Of a DNA stretch of 64,000 bases, positions 51,907 through 64,000 are shown one piece after another. Source of the stretch: Eledone cirrhosa. Taxonomy: Eukaryota. Position numbers and translations under genes: made by a program. The notes beneath the pieces were generated by a model. The model saw only the letters and a list, made by a program, of their open reading frames with translations. It was not told the DNA's origin and searched no databases. The stretch's first letter is position 1; the number at the start of each line of letters is the position of its first letter. The DNA lies in NCBI GenBank assembly GCA_964016885.1, contig OZ024740.1, forward strand, positions 323,764,001 through 323,828,000. Direction: 5' to 3'.

Positions 51907-52795
51907 CGAGGTGTGTCAGAAAAGTTCCAGGACTGATGTCACAAAAGATTTATTTCAAACACAAACTGCACACTAAGAGTTTTCTCCTTCAAATTAATCC
52001 CCCTGGAGTCTAATGCACTTTTCCAAACTTTTCTGCCACGCTTGCATGCACTCATGGAATGATTCTTCCGGGAACCTAAGCAGTTCCGTCGTCACGGCCT
52101 TTTTGATGTCGTCCACGTCTTCAAAACGGGTCCCCTCCGGGTCGTACTCGAAGATTCATGACTCATCACCGGTGATGACTGTCCCTAGCAAATCTGGTTC
52201 GGTTTCAAGACGCTCAAGAATGTCCTGGCACACTTGCATGCGTCGACCCTTCTGGTCATCGTTCAGCAGTTTTGGAACCATCTTCGCGCAGACTTTCCGC
52301 ATGTCCAAATCTTCAGTGAGAATCTTTCAGACGCTGTCCCGATTCATGCCCAGCTCATTTGCCATCAGTCGAACAGTCAGCCGACGATCGCTACGCACCA
52401 TCTGTCTGACGCGCTCAATGTTGACCTCAGTCCTGGTTGTTGATGGCCTTCCGCTCCTCTGGTCATCTTGCACCACTCAAAAACACGTGAGCGTGACATC
52501 GTCTCATCTCCATACACTTGCTGCAGCAATCCCAGTGCTTCTGACGGAGTTTTCCCCAACCGTACCAGAAACTTCAAGTTTGTTCGTTGCTCTGTGCTCA
52601 GTGCTTGACGACCTGAAACAGAGGACATGTATATAAAATTATGAAGAAAAAAGTTTGATCGCTGCAGAGAGCTAAGATTACAGTTACATCGTCCAGGGGG
52701 ATTATTTTGAAGAAGAAAACTCTTAGTGTGAAGTTTGGGTTTGAAATAAATCTTTTGTGACATCAGTCCTGGAACTTTTCTGACACACTCCCTCG
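51907..52795 (-). mobile_element. Internally deleted mariner transposon
   Basis: About 55-bp TIRs with TA flanks. HTH region EQRTNLKFLVRLGKTPSE..SRSRVFEW. ITGDES..YDPE is joined to GTRFEDVDDIKKAV. Confidence 0.9.
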
Positions 52796-52853
52796 TATAT
52801 ATATATATATGTATATGTATATATATATATGTATGCATATGTATATGTATATG

Positions 52854-52956
<103 letters not shown>

Positions 52957-52991
52957 CTCTCTTCTCTCCCTATATATATATATATATATAC

Positions 52992-53046
<55 letters not shown>

Positions 53047-53533
53047 TAGATAGATAGATAGAGAGATCTGATTATAATGCAATTTCCCGCGGAGAATCTT
53101 ATTTTTTTTCCCAAGTTATGCAGATGGAGCTGTATGCAAATCAATGAAGATTTTTATCGTAGATGTTGTTGTTAGGGGGAGCCAAGTATTTCCTGTCTTC
53201 TAACATTCAACAGTGACTGCATAATGAATAGCGTTGCCGCCATTTAATAGCTAAAATCGATTTCTTTTCTCTGTTAAACGCACTGAATCAACTTCACAGT
53301 AAAACTAATTCTCTGGATTTAATAGAAAAATGATTAATATCTCGCCATGTTCGGTATACGTTTATAGTAAAGCATCGCTGTCTCAGCTCAAACACTAAAA
53401 CATGCATGACGTATAGATACACATACACATACACTTACACAAAGATATATATATCTTTACATATATATATACCTTCACAGAACTTCACACATATCTATGT
53501 GTGTGTGTATGTATATACACAGGCATAAATATA

Positions 53534-53565
<32 letters not shown>

Positions 53566-53570
53566 CATGA

Positions 53571-53621
<51 letters not shown>

Positions 53622-53651
53622 CATGCATACATATATACATATATATATATG

Positions 53652-53687
<36 letters not shown>

Positions 53688-53797
53688 CATGCATACATAT
53701 ATATACATATATATATACGTATATATGCATGTTTAACACACATAATTGGAATATATCGATATTTCTTTACGGGTATGCATATATTCATATGCATTTA

Positions 53798-53874
<77 letters not shown>

Positions 53875-54052
53875 GTGAGTGTGTATGTGTGTGTGCGTGT
53901 GTGTGCATGCACGTGTGTGTTTATGTGTAACAGTTTGCAATCTTGTATATATTGATGCAAATACTGACATGTGTAAATGAATGCATGCTTACGTTCACAT
54001 ACAGACAAACACATGCAAACCTTCATGCACACACACGCATATACGCACACAC

Positions 54053-54083
<31 letters not shown>

Positions 54084-54196
54084 AGCATGTGTGTGCGTGT
54101 GTGTGTGTGTGTGTATACATACAATGCTGTGCTAGCTCATAAATCTGCAATGTTTGCAAGCCTGTTGCAAAGCTTTAGTAAACTGTAGCACGTGTT

Positions 54197-54263
<67 letters not shown>

Positions 54264-54346
54264 TTGTACGTTCTGTGTAGAGTTGCCTATAAATCTTAAT
54301 ACGTGTATGTTTAACCTATCAGAAATTGAAATTAGATATATATATG

Positions 54347-54396
<50 letters not shown>

Positions 54397-54448
54397 TTTC
54401 CGGATGTCTATCTCTCAATAAATAAACATAGACGCACACACATAAATA

Positions 54449-55297
54449 TGAGGTGTGTCACAAAGAAATAAGACTAGGGTAACAAAAAAAGTTCAAATCC
54501 AAATGCAAGTGTTCCCCTTCGACCTAATCCCCATCGTGTCTAACGCTCCTTCCCATCCTTTGCCACGGCTCCATGCACTCATGGAAGGATTCTCTCGGGA
54601 TTCTTTGCAACTCCTTATTCAAGGACCTCTTCAAGGCTTCCATCTCCCGAAAGCGGGTCGTACACGAAGATCCATGACTCATCACCGGTGATGACATTTC
54701 ACAGCAAGTTTCATGGCGCTCAAGGGTGTCCTAAGGTACCTACATGCCCTGCTCCTTCTGGTTATCCTTTAGCAGCTTCGGGACCAGTTTCGTGTAGAGC
54801 TTCGGCATGTCCAAATCTTCAGTTATTATCCTCCAACCGCTGTTGCAGTTCATGCCCTGCTCCCTTGCGATAGGTCGAACTGTCAGCCGACGATCACCAC
54901 GCACCACCTGCTCCACGTGTTCAACGTTGGCCTCAGTCATGCTCGTTGGAAACCTTCCGCTTTTGGGGTCGTCTTCCACTTTTTATACCACTCGAAAATC
55001 TGTGAACGCGACAACGTTTCATCTCCGTACACTTGCTGCAGTATTCTGAGTGCTCCCGACAGGTTTTTTTACCGGCCGAATCAGAAACTTCAGGCTGGCT
55101 CGTTGCTCTTTGCCCATCACTTGACGGTCTAAAACTGAGAAGTGAAAAAAATATACAATAGCTGCAAAAATTTCAGATCGCAGTTATATGCTCCCCAGAC
55201 ATTATGTTACACGGTGTCGCGACGCGACCCGCTAATATATACTCCGCATATAGCTCACACAGCACACTAAGTCTTGTTTCTTTTCTGACACACCACG
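54449..55297 (-). mobile_element. Second, diverged internally deleted mariner
   Basis: Imperfect TIRs (gaggtgtgtca..gaaa.aagact) with TA flanks. EDDPKSGRFPTS..DRRLTVR..KLVPKLL and ITGDESWIFVYDP. Confidence 0.85.
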
Positions 55298-55336
55298 TAT
55301 ATATATATATATATGTGTGTACATATATATATATAT

Positions 55337-56137
55337 ATTGTCATACATAGGGAGGCTCATATTTGTGCAATAGTATTGCCAGAATTAATAACAGAATACA
55401 CTCACTGTTTGGTTGGTTTACGCTTCTGTGTCTTTTATATCGGTTAATTTAATTTATTCGGTCTTCAATGTTGCCATTGACTGAACAACGGTCAAAAGTA
55501 CAGATACAATATAGACACAAACACATATATATAGTCTATCAAAGTTCTTTAGATAGGACTAGACATAAGATAGGGAAAGCCACCTCATGGTACGACAACC
55601 AGAGATACCAGAGTGTCATGTTTGTGGACGCTACCCCTGGAGGGAAATTAGCTAACCAGTGTAGAAAGGCCCTGAGAAAGACCCACTTAAATATTAAGGT
55701 GGTAGAAAAGCCAGGAACCACCATAAAATCCCTGATCAGCAAAACCTACCCTTTTAAGAAAACCCACTGTACTAATAGGAAATGCATCATAAACTGTAAA
55801 ACTAGAAACGTAGTCTATAGCATAAGGTACATGCAGAAACATGACAACAACATACATAGGCGAGACCGCTCGTAGCATAGATGAAAGGATGGACCAACAC
55901 TGGGGGGAACTAAAAGGACGAAAAACCGGTCAGTACTATACGAACATACCAGACAACAACGCGACGGTAACATAGACAACATAGAAATTAGAATAATGTC
56001 TAAACATAGAAATGACCCAGCAGATAGGCAAATCAGAGAGGCCAGCGAAATAGAACTTAGAAGGCCAAGGGTAAACAGAAAAAAATGAATGGAATAACAA
56101 CAACACCCAAACAAACAACACTAACCTAAGAGAAGTA

Positions 56138-56176
<39 letters not shown>

Positions 56177-56702
56177 ATACATACACAAGCACAATAACAA
56201 CAAACACATATAAACACACACTAGTAAACTAACATAGAATACATTAACCAATACACAGTCACCCAAACAAGAACACACATCAAACCAATCACTATACACA
56301 TACGCAAACGCATGCGCAGAGAAGACACAAAAATAAACAAATAAATAAATAAATAAACAGACTAAATAAAGATGGCGTAAGCATACAATGCAACGGGAGG
56401 AAACATAATAACACCACTGACGATGTTACAGATGTGCAACGAAAGAACTTTGATAGACTATATATATGTGTTTGTGACTATATTGTATCTGTATTTTTGA
56501 CCGTTGGTCAGTCAATGGCAACATTGAGGACCGAATAAATTAAATTAACCGATATAAAAGATACAGCAGCGAAAACCAACCAAACAGTGAGTGTGTTCTG
56601 TTATTAATTCTGGCAATATTACACAAATATGACCCTCCCCAAGTATAACAATATTTGTTTCGACACACGATTTCATATAAAAAACCTCACAAAACTAATT
56701 CA
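55337..56702 (+). mobile_element. Decayed PLE 3' remnant with inverted 5' pLTR
   Basis: Degenerate GIY-YIG region (CKTRNVVYSI..YIG.T.R). 55337-55550 is an imperfect reverse complement of 56441-56652. HHR-like CTGACGA..GAAA at 56417-56444. An identical solo 3' piece sits at 59969-60027 in (TA)n. Confidence 0.75.
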
Positions 56703-56716
56703 TATATATATACATA

Positions 56717-56788
<72 letters not shown>

Positions 56789-56989
56789 CATATATATATA
56801 TATACACATACATATATATATATCTACATATATACATATATATACATATATATATACATATATATATATATACATACATATATATATATATATATGCATA
56901 CATATATATATATATTACTCTTTTACCTGTTTCAGCCATCCGGCTGAGGCCATGCTGGGGCACCGCCCTACATACATATATATATATAT

Positions 56990-57020
<31 letters not shown>

Positions 57021-57123
57021 CATAGATATATATATATATATATATACATACATATATATATATATACATGCATATATATATATATATACATACATATATA
57101 TATATATACATGCATATATATAT

Positions 57124-57154
<31 letters not shown>

Positions 57155-57175
57155 CATACATATATATATATATAT

Positions 57176-57230
<55 letters not shown>

Positions 57231-57324
57231 CATATAGTAATAATAATAAAATTGAAGACTAAAATCCAATCTTCCTGTCTTCCTCCGGTTGCAACGTTTT
57301 TTGAAATATCCAGTTCTGCGTTTA

Positions 57325-57398
57325 CAGATTGACTTTGTTAGTTTCAGAAGATCCCGTTAAGGGTGAAAGCAGCGATTCTTTGCTTAAACTTTAATCTG
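57325..57398 (+). ncRNA. Identical second copy of the variant hammerhead motif
   Basis: 57270-57415 is identical to 10180-10325. Confidence 0.65.
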
Positions 57399-57423
57399 TT
57401 ATTTTAATAAATATACATACATA

Positions 57424-57502
<79 letters not shown>

Positions 57503-57538
57503 GTATATATGAATGTTTACGTATATATATATATATAC

Positions 57539-57570
<32 letters not shown>

Positions 57571-57573
57571 GCT

Positions 57574-57627
<54 letters not shown>

Positions 57628-57718
57628 TACACGCTTACATATATATATAGCGTTAACCTAATATATACCTTCCATATACTGTACCGATTGTGTTGTTATT
57701 TCTCTTTATCTTTTACAT

Positions 57719-57801
<83 letters not shown>

Positions 57802-58572
57802 CATATATACATACATAAATATAAAATTGACTTCGGCTTAACTTTGAACTGAAAGCGCAGTGAACTGGAACAAAAACCTTCCAATAGTCTAACGACTCAC
57901 CAATTCGCGTCTTTTACACTCGTTACTCTCATATGATTATATGTACGGAATACGAAAATTCTGTGCTTTTTGAAATGTAGAGTACATTTCACATGTGTCC
58001 TGGTTTAATACTCACTTTGAGGGCCAAGATTTTTATATCAGGTTTGGGCTTATTACGAGTTTTCCTTGGTCATGATTGTGACTAATAATGAATTATGTAA
58101 TATAGAGCCGAGTTATTGAACAATCCGGAAAGAATAAGAGGCAAAGATTAACTGACGAGATTTGAACTGAGCAATCATTTATTTAACGCGGTTAATTTTT
58201 ATTAGAGACGTTAGAAAGTCGCATAAAATGTTTGCAGTATACGTCCTTGTTCTTTGCACTTTGAGTTCAAATCTCACCGAGAACAACTTTCTCTTTCACC
58301 CTTTCAAGGTCGATAAATTACCAATTTCTCTGTCTCTCTAACTTTTTCTGAAGAAATCATGTGTTCAGATCTGGGAAGTTCTGGGCTCCCCCAGATTTAA
58401 ATGCCAAAGACACGCATATGTTATGACGACGCCATTGTAATTTAATCAAGAGTTAAGAGCCCATGGGTACCATGCAAATTTTATATTCGTTTATACTTGA
58501 TGTCTGAAGAAAGAAGCCGTGTCCATTGTCCTGACAGGGCTCAAGAAAACGTCATTATATTCTACAAATATA

Positions 58573-58762
58573 AGGGGGTGGATTGGCAGTATCGGTAGAG
58601 GGTCGGATGTCATGCTTCGCAGCATAGAGTTACGGCCGTTTACGGTCTGAGTTCAAATCTCACCGAGGTCAACTTTGCCTTTCATGCTTACGGGTTTGAT
58701 AAAATAAAGTACCAGTAATACACTGAGATAATTGCTGGCCTTGTGCCAAAATAAGAAACAAT
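58573..58762 (+). mobile_element. SINE family 1 with TSD
   Basis: attatattctacaaata is duplicated on both sides. Confidence 0.85.
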
Positions 58763-59289
58763 TATATTCTACAAATAAACTTGCCCTATTTCCATGCCAT
58801 GAGCACTTAAGAGAGAAAAAACTGAGTACAGAGGAAGACTCGATCTGAACTCATACTTTATTTATCCACCTGAAAAGGAAACTTAACCTTGGTGGGATTT
58901 GAACTCACATGGTAGAGAACTTAAACGAATACAGCGAATAATACTATCCGAGGTTATAACAACTGTGTCACTTCACCTCTTACCACCTCCCTTCTATAAT
59001 ATTGACTAATAATAGCGAACCGCTTGAACTATCTGATTTAACAAGCTATGTATCTTAATAGTTTCTCTCTCTATCTATCCCCCTTTCCCTCGTTCTCTCT
59101 TTGTGAAGTTATTTTAGACACAAGTATCAATCGATGTAAAGTACTATTAATTATAATGTAATTTGGTTAATTAAGATACAGGATAAACCTTTTCTTTGAA
59201 ATCGCTAATATCATTAAATTTATCTGCTGTCAGAATAGAATTAACAATGTCTGCTCTTTTTGTCGTCAAATGTTGGGTGGTCTTTACTC

Positions 59290-59795
59290 TTAACTAACAT
59301 TTGTTAAACCCTGTATATATACTATTTAAGATATGTTAAACATACACGGACTTCTGCGTATATCTTATACACGAAATGCTTATTATTTGTTAAACATAAA
59401 TGTGTATAACATTTGTTAACTATACAATATATACAAAATAAATGTGTATAAAATGTATATCATTTGTTAAATATACAAGATATACAAAGAAAATAATTGT
59501 TAAAAATACAAAAAAAAAGAAACGTATATATATAATTTGTTAAACATACAAAAAAAATTTAAATAGGTATATATTATACACTAATGTTTGTTAAACATAC
59601 AAAAAGGAAATGTGTATATAAAATGTATATCCTTTGTTAAACATACAAATATACAAAAAATGGTTATATATACACTAACGATTGTTTAACGCACAAAAAA
59701 AACGTATATATATAAAATGTATATCATTTGTTAAACATTTACATGTGTAGACATTTTGATAGACAATTTATATGTATATCATTTGTTAAACAAAT
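59290..59795. repeat. Degenerate ~55-60-bp tandem repeat
   Basis: Recurring catttgttaaacatacaa..tgtata motif. Confidence 0.7.
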
Positions 59796-59889
59796 CATAT
59801 ATATTTTACCTGGTACCTTCATAAATAGAGAGAGATTGGGGTTGTGAGAGAGTAGATTGAAATATATATATATTTCAATCTCTCTCGCG

Positions 59890-59972
<83 letters not shown>

Positions 59973-60021
59973 CTGTTATTAATTCTGGCAATATTACACA
60001 AATATGACCCTCCCCAAGTAT

Positions 60022-60536
<515 letters not shown>

Positions 60537-60538
<2 letters not shown>

Positions 60539-60744
60539 GGAACAAGTATGACCCCGACGGCAGAGCTCAAACCGTCTCGACGGCTAATTCTGGACTCAAT
60601 TAGAGTTCAGAATTAGCCGTCGAAACGGCTTGAGCTCTGCCGTCGGGGACATACTTGTTCCTATTACCCACTCTACTACCCTAAGTATTGAGTACTTTGG
60701 TGCGTTATGGTCCATCTGATTCCCTAGCACATTTTCTTCGTTAT
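60537..60744 (+). mobile_element. Hairpin-plus-tail element, family A copy 3
   Basis: Homologue with a longer apical stem CTGGACTC/GAGTTCAG, in (TA)n. Confidence 0.8.
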
Positions 60745-60779
60745 ATATATATATATATATATATAGATAGATAGATTAT

Positions 60780-61617
60780 TCCCCCTCTCTATAATTTAAC
60801 TGCTGGGGGAGTCATTGGAGTTCCGTATTGACGTACGGCTTTTATGGGGTATTTTAAATCGGCTTATTGCAAAAAACGACCCGCAAAATAACACTTCATA
60901 TAACAGATTAATGCTATAGATATATGAATCGGAATGTTTAAATTATTTATTTTTTACGACTTTAATTGGTTAAATATTAACATGACAACACCCATAGTGT
61001 TGTACTTCTGGCAATTCTGCCGAATACACTGCCAAGGATGAACCTTTTCCCCTCGGCATCAGATATCCCGTTCGATTTCCGGCGATCCCAATTCCCGGCG
61101 ATACCATGTTTTGCCATGTCCATTAACAAGTCACAAGGGCAAACATTGTCGGTGGCGGGCATCCATTTGGGGGAGCGATGCTTCTGCCACGGCCAACTTT
61201 ATGTTGCCTGTTCCCGCGTAGGGATCATGAATGGACTTTTTGCTTACACTCCTCAAGGGATGACAGGCAATATAGTCTACAAAGAGGTGCTATAGATGTT
61301 GGTGCAGGTGTTGGAGATGTTGGAGCTATGCCGTCTGGAAAACTATTTCCTGGTAGGGTCACCCATGGCGGACAGATCTGACACCCAGCGGCATCAGGGC
61401 ACCATCTTGCAGCTTTGGTCTTCTAAATTCGCTATTGGAAGATTATTAACCCAACATTGATTGTCTAAAATGCTAATTGGTTCGTAACTTTTAATAACCG
61501 GTTCAACTGCTTTATGCACTTAATTGATAAGCTTATTCGCTTTCAAGCCACGTTTACCTGTATGTAACTTTTCATAGCAAATGAACAAACCCGAGCAACG
61601 CCGGGCTAAACTGCTAG
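60780..61617 (+). mobile_element. Helitron remnant (PIF1 helicase C-terminus plus canonical 3' end)
   Basis: ORF 61038-61295: QFP..FAMSINKSQGQTL..CF.HGQLYVACSRV. Hairpin CCCG..CGGG (61590-61605), then CTAG|T. 5' boundary uncertain. Confidence 0.85.
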
Positions 61618-61660
61618 TAAGTATTATATTATACATATATAAATTATAAATTGTGAATAT

Positions 61661-61840
61661 TTGGCAGTATCGGTAGAGGATCGGACGCCATGCTTTCCAG
61701 CATAGTTAGGTCCCTTTACGATCTGAGTTCAAATCCCGCCGAGGTTGACTTTGCCTTTCATCCTTACGGGGTCGATAAAATAAAGTACCAGTAATGCACT
61801 GGGTAATTTCTGGCCTTGTGCCTAAAGTAGAAACAATTAT
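61661..61840 (+). mobile_element. SINE family 1
   Basis: Near-complete copy. Confidence 0.85.
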
Positions 61841-61865
61841 ATTATAAGTGTTATATGTATATAGA

Positions 61866-62160
61866 AGGCGCACGGTTTGTGGTTAGAGCGTCGGGTTCAC
61901 AATCGTGAGGTTGTGACTTCGATTTTTGAACCGGGCTTTGCGTTGTTTTCTTGAGCAAGACACTTTATTTCACGTTGTTTCAGTTCACTCAGCTGTAGAA
62001 ATGAGTTGCGACGTCACTGGTACCAAGCTCTATCGGCCATCGCCTTTCCCGTGGACAACATTGCTAGCGTGGAGAGAGGAGACTGGTGTGCATGGGCGAC
62101 TGCTGGTCTTCCACAAATAACCTTGCACGGATTTGCACCTCGGTCATTCTTGATCGAAGG
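61866..62160 (+). mobile_element. tRNA-derived SINE sharing the family 2 head and core, with a different 3' body
   Basis: ggcgca..gtggttagagcg tRNA-like head and cttgagcaagacactttatttcacg core. Confidence 0.65.
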
Positions 62161-62174
62161 GGTCTTTACCCTTT

Positions 62175-62238
<64 letters not shown>

Positions 62239-62418
62239 AAGAATGAAGATTAACATGGTTGGCTGTACAATAAGGGCTTTATTTAAAGTACTGACAATTG
62301 TTTCGTTGATCATGTGGGTCTAGAGTTCGCTAATCGCTTGATGTTGCGCTATTCGATCTCCACAGTGCAGAGCACTCACAACATGTCACTGGATTACTTA
62401 TAACGATAACTTGTTATC

Positions 62419-62463
<45 letters not shown>

Positions 62464-63204
62464 GAAATTTTTGTGTTTTTAAATTAAAAAATATGTTTCC
62501 ACTTTGAACTACATTTATATACAACATATTCTAACTATAGTGGATAAGGCAGCACCGATTGGTTAACAAGTTCATTTTGCAATTAATTTGTTCCTTAATC
62601 GATCTCATTGCGTGGTATCATACGTAACTCAAATTTACTACACCCTCGGATCGTTCCATGCCTTCTGAATGAAAGTTGGTAGACAGAAACAGTTTGGAAG
62701 TCTGTCGGATGGATTGTACTTGTAATTCAAAAGATCAGCCTTGTCATACACTGGATCTCCCTTAGAATTACAATAAGAGTACATTAGTCTGGGGAATCTT
62801 CAGTCACTTACGCATTAATATCGTGAGCAGGCTGTTCCATTGATTGAAGAACTGAAATAATTCATCGTCGACATGGAGGACTGAGATCCATTGCATTCTA
62901 GGTAGAGTTAGTCATATAATATTTCCGTATTGATTCCAGGCTTCTAAGATTTTCAAGAGTATAACTGACAATACAGGGATATATGATGCTTGGCTAAGTT
63001 CTGTTGACTAACACAAAGAGGGGATTATCTCCCCTAGAGAAAGATTCTATTAAAGAATATCAAATTGCTGTACATTAGAACTTCTCTCCCTCGGTGGTTT
63101 ATCGTATCCCCCTCCCCACAGACATACACACATACACATACACACAGATATATATAGACACAAACAAATTTATAAATATATGTATGTATGTGCATATATA
63201 TATG

Positions 63205-63251
<47 letters not shown>

Positions 63252-63571
63252 AGATAAATCTACCAAAATGTACGGTAGAGTCCAATCCGTATGAAGAACT
63301 CAATGTAATCCGAATATCATGAAAAGAGAAGATATATTCAAAAAAAATTTTTCCGTTGAAAAATACAGGAAAACAGAGTCAAGATAAATTAATAAAAATA
63401 ATGAATAAAAACAAAGAAACAGTTCCTTATATTAAAAAATTCATCATTATACGATCGTTTCTAGGATATATATGTTTGTGTTGGTATGTAAATCATATAG
63501 ATCTATGTAAAATTTTTACAAACTATCAGAGGGAATATACATACCTACACATATATATGCTGTCTTCAGAA

Positions 63572-63749
63572 ATAATTGTTTCTACTTTAGGCACAAGGCC
63601 AGCAAATTACCCAGTGCATTACTGGTACTTTATTTTATCGACCCCGTAAGGATGAAAGGCAAAGTTAACCTCAACGGGATTTGAACTCAGATCGTAAAGG
63701 GACGTAACTATGCTGGAAAGCATGGCGTCCGACCCTCTACCGATACTGC
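63572..63749 (-). mobile_element. SINE family 1 with TSD
   Basis: cttcagaaataat is duplicated on both sides. Confidence 0.85.
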
Positions 63750-64000
63750 TTCAGAAATAATGATATTTATTTATTGAAAAAAACCAACAAAGATTTAATA
63801 TAATAGGTCTGTTTGGGAACAGGTTTTGAATTGACCAATAGAAAGGTAGTAAGTGGTCAAGATGATAGAATAGTAGTAATAGAACTTTAATTTAGGGGTA
63901 GAGGAAAGCAGATTTCAGTTTTGAATGGAAAGAGTATGATGAATGAAAAGATTATTTTAGGGATGAAAATAGGTCAAGTCGGTAAAAGGTACACGAAGAA

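Noticed and set aside
61038-61295. Host PIF1 helicase exon
   Set aside because: An isolated C-terminal fragment followed by a Helitron hairpin and CTAG end, so it is a Helitron remnant.
61866-61940. tRNA gene
   Set aside because: A tRNA-like SINE head with a degenerate B box that continues into a SINE core. No complete cloverleaf.
62240-62420. HHR on the minus strand (GAAAACAATTGTC, stem I AGTGCT/AGTACT)
   Set aside because: The 3' half fits but there is no CUGANGA-like core in register. Probably a decayed pLTR, too weak to call.

Overview
AT-rich, repeat-saturated animal DNA. The SINE families and extreme (TA)n/(CA)n/(GA)n density suggest a cephalopod such as Octopus, but this is inference. 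No host exon, rRNA, tRNA gene or CRISPR array is recognisable, and most ORFs in the track are microsatellite artefacts. The real content is mobile elements: (1) an intact L1/Tx1-type LINE (ORF1 and ORF2, minus strand) stacked head-to-tail with two truncated relatives in (TATC)n; (2) an intact Penelope-like element (PLE; RT plus GIY-YIG) with inverted pLTRs and two decayed PLEs; (3) many small (TA)n-inserted, PLE-type fold-back or tandem elements with canonical and non-canonical hammerhead ribozyme (HHR) motifs; (4) about 20 tRNA-derived SINEs; (5) two internally deleted mariners, a hAT MITE, a Helitron 3' remnant and RTE/CR1 fragments; (6) a two-unit minisatellite derived from a SINE. The strongest candidate for an undescribed system is the set of small ribozyme-bearing, TA-targeting elements: an identical variant-core HHR pair, about 558-nt mini-PLE units, and snap-back hairpins pivoting on ribozyme stems. 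The (TATC)n-associated Tx1 family with a covarying 3'UTR structure is a second candidate. All alignments and folds were done by eye.
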